Shown in pieces: positions 32,097 through 36,469 of a stretch of DNA of 36,469 nt. Origin of the DNA: an uncultured Bacilli bacterium (GTDB lineage Bacteria > Bacillota_I > Bacilli_A > RF39 > UBA660); assembly GCA_947591175.1 (NCBI GenBank), contig CANQDB010000001.1, positions 1 through 36,469 on the forward strand. The letters run 5' to 3'. The notes under the pieces are model-generated. The model was not told the DNA's origin. It did not search any database and saw only the letters and a program-made list of their open reading frames with translations. Every line of letters begins with the position of its first letter. Positions within the stretch are counted from its first letter, which is position 1. The translations under genes and the position numbers were made by a program.

Positions 32097-35042
32097 TTAT
32101 GATACTAATGCTATGCGAAAAGTATTTATATTTCGAGGGGCTCCACTTAATCTATGGGAATTGAAAAGTCCTGTATAATGAAAATCAGTTCTATCACCAT
32201 AGTAACCGCCTCTTTGTCGCCATGGTTCTGTTTTATATATTACCGCCTGTTGATTATTATTCCAAAAACTTACTTCAGATAAGGCATGTCCATAACATAT
32301 TCCGCCATTACACGCTTTATTAATGACGTCACTTGTATATAAATCATAGTATTTTTGTTCTGGACATGGAAGACCCAAATTATAATCTGTATTATCATTT
32401 AATTTACCGTTAAAACCCGAATTAGATGCGGTAGTATTTCCACTTCTTGGGTTCCCATTCTCATCGGCAAAAGCTCCCATTAAATATTCCCAAGATCCTC
32501 CGCTCATATCGTAAATACCATAGATATTTCCGGTTGTTGAGGCCTTTTTCCCAATTGGTGTTTCATATGTATTATTACAATTGGAACTTCCCGCAGCATT
32601 TACGGTATCACCAGCTATTCCTGTTTTAAATAAAGAACAATTATTTTTATATATTTCTTTTTCGGCTCCTTGATAATTAGGATTACCCTGCTTTCCAAAA
32701 TCACTTTGTGATAAATATACTACTGCTCCCCATTCGACATCTTTACTCATATGAATATCATAACTATTATTATTTGCAAAACCATAAAAAGCATAATTAT
32801 CAGTTTGCATTTTTCTAGAAGCATAAAAAGCATTGGAAACGTTTATAGACCTCCATGAAATAACACTTGGCTTTATAATTGGAGTCAACTCCGAAGTATT
32901 TGATTCTCCTTCGTTGGCAAATTTTTCTTCTCTATTACTTGTTTCGAATTTACCAAACCAAATACCTTCCAGTTCTTTATCACCGAATTTAAAGGCCGGA
33001 TGTACTTTATATGTTTTTTCGTCACTTGAAACATTTGTAACTCCAGCTAAAAAGTTTATTCCTATTGCTCCCGGTTGTTCTTGTGTTCCTCCTGCATATA
33101 AATTGCCTAAATTATCATATTTATATTCATATCTTGGAATCCAAGTCCACATTGTATTAATTACATCCATTGAAAGTGGTGTGTTATTTTTTATAGATTC
33201 ACCAACACTAAAATCTAAGTCTACAAGCAAATTAGTTTTATCGCTTAACTCTTTTCCTGCATATATATCTTTTACTTCTTGTTCAGTTAAGACTTGGTGA
33301 TATATTTGTGCTTTTGAATACGTGGCATTAGTATATTCTTGATGAGAAGGGGTAGCAAAATTAGGATTTGCCCCTAAATTAAATGGTGTACGTGATACTT
33401 TCATATTAAGAGGAGTAGACAAAGTATATAAATCAATTAAATTTCCATCTAAATATATTTTTATATCGCTTCCATCAAATACCATAGCAGCTTCATACCA
33501 CTTATTTGTTTCAAGTGTAAGGGAAGTAGTTTTTATAACATATTTTGTTCCATCATAAATACTATAAATAATATGTTCATCCGAGGTAATTGCTAAAAGG
33601 ATACCTGCACCATCGGCATTTCCTATAATATATCCGTTTCCAGATTTAGGAAAACTTTCTACTTTAAATCTAACTACTGTTGAAAAGGCTTGTCCAAAAT
33701 CATATTTTTCTAATCCTAAATCAATATAGTCATCTACTCCATCAGTTGTAGCACTACTTCCATTTGATTTAACATCAGGACTGTATTTGGCATGATTACC
33801 TTTTCCAGACATATCTCTTACCATTGTTTGATCAAGTGTTACAGCATTAGCCCACATTTGATTGTTATAATCAAACCACTTTCCATATTTGTTTGCTTTT
33901 CGCCATACAGCATTCTCTTCATCATAATATACTGGAATTAATCCATCTGTTAACTTAGGTCGATTGGCTCCTGTTGGATCTTCATAAACTTTTACATGGA
34001 TTGTTCTCGTATTACTTCCAATGTTTCCATCTTTATCTATAGCAAAATAATTTATAACATAATCTCCAAAACTTTCTATGTTATAACTTCCAATTGTTAT
34101 TACTGTTAGAGGTGTTCCTTGTTCATCTATAGCACTGGCCCCTTTATCTTCATAACTTTGACCGACATATAGATTTACTTCTCCTTCTCCATTTAAAGTA
34201 ACAACTGGAACAGTTTTGTTTACTTGTACTACATTTACTGTCCTTGCTGCTACTCCTTTGTTTCCTCTTGTATCTAATAATTCGTAGTAAATTATATAAA
34301 CTCCTTCTTGATTAGTATTTACTCCATCTACTACACTTGTACTTTCTCCGTTAAAATATTCGTATCTTTTAGTTACTTTGTTACTTGTTAAACTATCGAC
34401 ATTATCACTTACACTAGCTACTCCTGGATCACTAAACTCTTTTCCCTTTTCAACTGTCATTACTCTTTCGCCACTTAAAGTTATTGTTGGGGCTATATAA
34501 TCTTCAAAAGCATAGGCTTTAGATTCTTCGGCTACGACTTGAATTCTTCCTTTCCACGTCTTTCCCATTGCTTCGTTTCCTGTTTTCTCATCTAACCATA
34601 GCCTTAACTCATAAGTATCTTTTTGTAATCCATCTAGAGTTACGTTATCTTTTATAACAAGATCATTTAAATTACTGATTGTTCCTTCTTCTCCTTGTTT
34701 CTTTAACTCATATCTTAAACTACCTCTATTTAAAGTGTTACCTTCATCTTCTACTATACTTATTTGATATTTAGCCGAAATATTTCCTTTATTTTCGACA
34801 CTAAAAATAAAAGGCTCTAAGTTCTTTCCTTCGTCATCTTTCATGGGATAAGTATTCTTTAAAGAGATAGCTCCACTTTCCTCTTGAAAATTCACTTGAA
34901 AGATTCCTGTTGCCATACTATTTTGTTTTTTTCCTTCTTTCGAATAAACAAAAAAGGCATAACTTGTTCCAATTAATACAAGAAGAGAAAACATTATAGA
35001 AAGACACCATACAAATTTCTTTTTAGAACTTATTTCTTTCAT
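32097..35042 (-). CDS. Family paralog C: SipW-type signal + divergent TasA-like N-module + 2 Ig-like (DUF5011-type) + LamG + FGE/C-type-lectin-like module (981 aa)
   Basis: LLVLIGTSYAFFVYSKEG signal. Two PTITLSG/PVVTLNG Ig-like repeats. LamG-like block TTDGVDDYIDLG...WYEAAMVFDG..IKIYLDGNL. C-module motifs shared with paralog A. The ATG at 35042 lies 10 nt after AAGGAG. Confidence 0.85.
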   Translation of the reverse strand: MKEISSKKKFVWCLSIMFSLLVLIGTSYAFFVYSKEGKKQNSMATGIFQVNFQEESGAISLKNTYPMKDDEGKNLEPFIFSVENKGNISAKYQISIVEDEGNTLNRGSLRYELKKQGEEGTISNLNDLVIKDNVTLDGLQKDTYELRLWLDEKTGNEAMGKTWKGRIQVVAEESKAYAFEDYIAPTITLSGERVMTVEKGKEFSDPGVASVSDNVDSLTSNKVTKRYEYFNGESTSVVDGVNTNQEGVYIIYYELLDTRGNKGVAARTVNVVQVNKTVPVVTLNGEGEVNLYVGQSYEDKGASAIDEQGTPLTVITIGSYNIESFGDYVINYFAIDKDGNIGSNTRTIHVKVYEDPTGANRPKLTDGLIPVYYDEENAVWRKANKYGKWFDYNNQMWANAVTLDQTMVRDMSGKGNHAKYSPDVKSNGSSATTDGVDDYIDLGLEKYDFGQAFSTVVRFKVESFPKSGNGYIIGNADGAGILLAITSDEHIIYSIYDGTKYVIKTTSLTLETNKWYEAAMVFDGSDIKIYLDGNLIDLYTLSTPLNMKVSRTPFNLGANPNFATPSHQEYTNATYSKAQIYHQVLTEQEVKDIYAGKELSDKTNLLVDLDFSVGESIKNNTPLSMDVINTMWTWIPRYEYKYDNLGNLYAGGTQEQPGAIGINFLAGVTNVSSDEKTYKVHPAFKFGDKELEGIWFGKFETSNREEKFANEGESNTSELTPIIKPSVISWRSINVSNAFYASRKMQTDNYAFYGFANNNSYDIHMSKDVEWGAVVYLSQSDFGKQGNPNYQGAEKEIYKNNCSLFKTGIAGDTVNAAGSSNCNNTYETPIGKKASTTGNIYGIYDMSGGSWEYLMGAFADENGNPRSGNTTASNSGFNGKLNDNTDYNLGLPCPEQKYYDLYTSDVINKACNGGICYGHALSEVSFWNNNQQAVIYKTEPWRQRGGYYGDRTDFHYTGLFNSHRLSGAPRNINTFRIALVS

Positions 35043-35101
35043 AGTTATCAAACTCCTTACAACATTTAGTCTTTATCAAAAAGTCTTTATTATACAATTT
35101 A

Positions 35102-35130
35102 ATAATACTCACTTCTGGTGTATAAGTCAA
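35102..35130 (-). promoter_or_regulatory. Promoter P2 copy 4: TTGACT, 17 nt, TATTAT
   Basis: TTGACT 35125-35130, 17-nt spacer, TATTAT 35102-35107. The spacer sequence differs from copy 3 but its length is the same. Confidence 0.5.
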
Positions 35131-35212
35131 TTGCACTTCAAAATTTGAAACCCTTAAAGTTTCACTTTACGTGAAGTATATTTCCTTTTGCAACTCCCTC
35201 TAGTATATATTT

Positions 35213-35244
35213 ATTATAGCCCAAACATACCCCCCCCCAGTCAA
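35213..35244 (-). promoter_or_regulatory. Promoter P1 copy 4: TTGACT, 20-nt spacer with G9, TATAAT
   Basis: TTGACT 35239-35244, G9 35230-35238, TATGTTTGGGC, TATAAT 35213-35218. Confidence 0.5.
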
Positions 35245-35254
35245 GCATTTTTGC

Positions 35255-35281
35255 AAACAAAAAAAGGAGCAACGTCCTTTA
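35255..35281 (-). terminator. Intrinsic terminator after rpmA
   Basis: AAAGGA-CGTTGC-TCCTTT followed by TTTTTGTTTG on the minus strand; overlaps the stop codon. Confidence 0.55.
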
Positions 35282-35569
35282 TTCTCCTAATGGATAGCAA
35301 CTTGCTTGTTTCTTATCTCTACCAACACATTCGTATTTGACAATACCATCTACTGTTGTGAAAAGTGTATCATCTTTACCTTTACGAACATTTACACCAG
35401 GAAACACTTTTGTTCCTCTTTGACGATAAAGAATAGATCCAGCTGTGACAAATTCACCATCACTTGCTTTGGCACCTAATCTACGTCCAGCCGAATCACG
35501 ACCATTAGATGTAGATCCTTGTCCTTTATGATGGGCAAATAACTGAATATTTAACGCTAAAAATTTCAT
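35279..35569 (-). CDS. rpmA: 50S ribosomal protein L27 with cleavable N-terminal extension
   Basis: [12 protein letters not shown]|[20 protein letters not shown]. The extension is typical of Prp-processed L27. Confidence 0.95.
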   Translation of the reverse strand: MKFLALNIQLFAHHKGQGSTSNGRDSAGRRLGAKASDGEFVTAGSILYRQRGTKVFPGVNVRKGKDDTLFTTVDGIVKYECVGRDKKQASCYPLGE

Positions 35570-35582
35570 GGAATATCCTCCT

Positions 35583-35885
35583 TTAACTTAGTTTTAAATT
35601 AGATGGGTAGTCCTTTTCTAAATCTTTAAGTAACTTTAACATATTTTGAATTAACATCTTTGTTATATTATCGTTCTTCTTAACTTTAACTACCACTTTA
35701 TCTTTTTCTTGAATTACCTCTAAAGAAGATTGATCAAACGACAAAATTCCATTAACTGTTGTTATCAATATACTACTAGCCGCAGCACATACGATATCTT
35801 TTCCATAATCATCATATAACGCATGACCTAAAAAAGTAATAGTATCTACCTTCTCTTCTTTATAAGTAACTTTAATCTTCAACAT
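35583..35885 (-). CDS. prp: Ribosomal-processing cysteine protease Prp
   Basis: 100 aa between rplU and rpmA, with the GHA...D and VCAAAS motifs. Confidence 0.88.
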   Translation of the reverse strand: MLKIKVTYKEEKVDTITFLGHALYDDYGKDIVCAAASSILITTVNGILSFDQSSLEVIQEKDKVVVKVKKNDNITKMLIQNMLKLLKDLEKDYPSNLKLS

Positions 35886-35890
35886 AACTT

Positions 35891-36190
35891 TTACCCAATT
35901 TTTGTAATTTCTACTTTAGTGTAAGGTTGTCTATGACCTTGAGTCAAACGGTTACTTCTAGATTTTTGTTTGTACTTGTAAACACGAATCTTCTTTTGTT
36001 TCCCATGTTTAAGTACTTTACCTTCCACTTTAGCTCCCGAAACGTAAGGATTTCCTACTTTACTATCAAGCATTAAAACTTCAGAGAAAACTACCTTATC
36101 GCCTTCTTTGTTAGCTAACTTTTCCAAGTAAACAACATCACCAACAGATACGATATACTGTTTACCACCACTTTTGAAAACTGCTTTCAT
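35891..36190 (-). CDS. rplU: 50S ribosomal protein L21
   Basis: MKAVFKSGGKQYIVSVGDVVYLEKL...HRQPYTKVEI. Confidence 0.95.
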   Translation of the reverse strand: MKAVFKSGGKQYIVSVGDVVYLEKLANKEGDKVVFSEVLMLDSKVGNPYVSGAKVEGKVLKHGKQKKIRVYKYKQKSRSNRLTQGHRQPYTKVEITKIG

Positions 36191-36292
36191 ACTATACCTC
36201 CTTTAAAATATACTAGACTCGCTTTTTAAGGTGGAAACCATTGTTTCACTTAAACCTGTTCAATGCGGTTTGAGCACAAGAGGCTTCAAACA
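36191..36292 (-). ncRNA. Structured 5' leader of rplU, candidate L21-leader-type element
   Basis: Two hairpins on the minus strand: GUUUGA...UCAAAC, and an imperfect 12-bp hairpin UUUAAGUGAAAC-AAUG-GUUUCCACCUUAAA. They lie between the predicted promoter and the RBS. Confidence 0.4.
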
Positions 36293-36298
36293 TCTATG

Positions 36299-36327
36299 AG
36301 TCTACCACAAAAGTCTTATTTCGTCAA
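36299..36327 (-). promoter_or_regulatory. rplU promoter: TTGACG, 17 nt, TAGACT
   Basis: TTGACG 36322-36327, 17-nt spacer, TAGACT 36299-36304. Confidence 0.45.
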
Positions 36328-36469
36328 TTATTTTTTAACATAGGTGTATACCGAAATAGAATTTTGGGAATCTTTGAAATATTGATTTAAATAATTATTT
36401 CGAAAAGGCTCATCCGTAACACATTGTCTATCGCTAAAAATGCAGTAACTAGCACACTTCCCATCTTCC
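36328..36469 (-). CDS. 3' end of an unidentified gene, C-terminal 46 codons only
   Basis: Open frame running from the window edge, ...EDGKCASYCIFSDRQCVTDEPFRNNYLNQYFKDSQNSISVYTYVKK, to the TAA at 36328-36330. Not in the supplied ORF track because it has no start. Confidence 0.4.
   Translation of the reverse strand, partial: EDGKCASYCIFSDRQCVTDEPFRNNYLNQYFKDSQNSISVYTYVKK

Larger units (their letters stand above)
35102..35246 (-). repeat. Cassette copy 4, long form without the palindromic terminator
   Basis: 35118-35244 aligns with 14069-14195. Similarity stops just upstream of the -35, where the rpmA terminator takes over. Confidence 0.85.

Noticed and set aside
32833-33300. 155-aa plus-strand ORF inside paralog C
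   Set aside because: It is antisense to a strongly supported CDS, has no RBS and has a low-complexity, Ser/Leu-rich composition typical of shadow ORFs. The same applies to the other 60-83-aa antisense ORFs in the track (for example 600-782, 6595-6807, 7534-7785, 10339-10560 and 25456-26246).
1-36469. CRISPR arrays, IS elements or transposases, integrases, toxin-antitoxin pairs and known multi-gene defence systems
   Set aside because: I saw no regularly spaced short repeats, no transposase- or integrase-like ORFs and no candidate operons. The only dispersed repeat is the promoter cassette described above.

Overview
Low-GC Bacillota-type chromosomal segment using the standard genetic code (TGG Trp throughout; TGA used as a stop at 31133-31135). 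Almost every gene is on the minus strand. The backbone is housekeeping: parE-(orphan ORF)-parC, a phosphohexomutase, transketolase with a SirA/YneE-like gene and yneF, two tRNAs, a LemA/DUF2207 pair, rimP-nusA-ylxR-(dCMP deaminase)-infB, a lipoprotein cyclophilin, a CPBP protease, a metallophosphoesterase and rplU-prp-rpmA. The backbone does not explain a dispersed, co-oriented family of four conserved non-coding cassettes, one cut by the left window edge. Each cassette has an intrinsic-terminator hairpin, then a TTGACT -35 and TATAAT -10 separated by a 19-20 nt spacer that contains a G8 or G9 homopolymer on the coding strand. Copies 3 and 4 add a conserved dyad-rich ~85-nt segment and a second promoter with exact 17-nt spacing; copy 1 shows the start of that segment before the window edge cuts it. 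Each cassette lies directly upstream of a large modular secreted or surface protein. The three visible proteins (666, 483 and 981 aa) share an N-terminal SipW-type signal peptide and a TasA/camelysin-like module. Their C-terminal heads differ: an FGE/C-type-lectin-like module, a DUF285/BspA-type LRR, and two Ig-like domains plus LamG plus the FGE-like module. I read this as a candidate phase-variable, cassette-driven surface-protein family, which is inference from sequence only. Other points: a decayed KilA-N gene and an intact Bro-N gene beside the tRNAs (mobile-element remnant), a half-length rimP, an orphan ORF wedged inside parE-parC, and a dCMP deaminase embedded in the nusA-infB operon. 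I saw no CRISPR array, transposase, integrase, reverse transcriptase or recognisable multi-gene defence operon.
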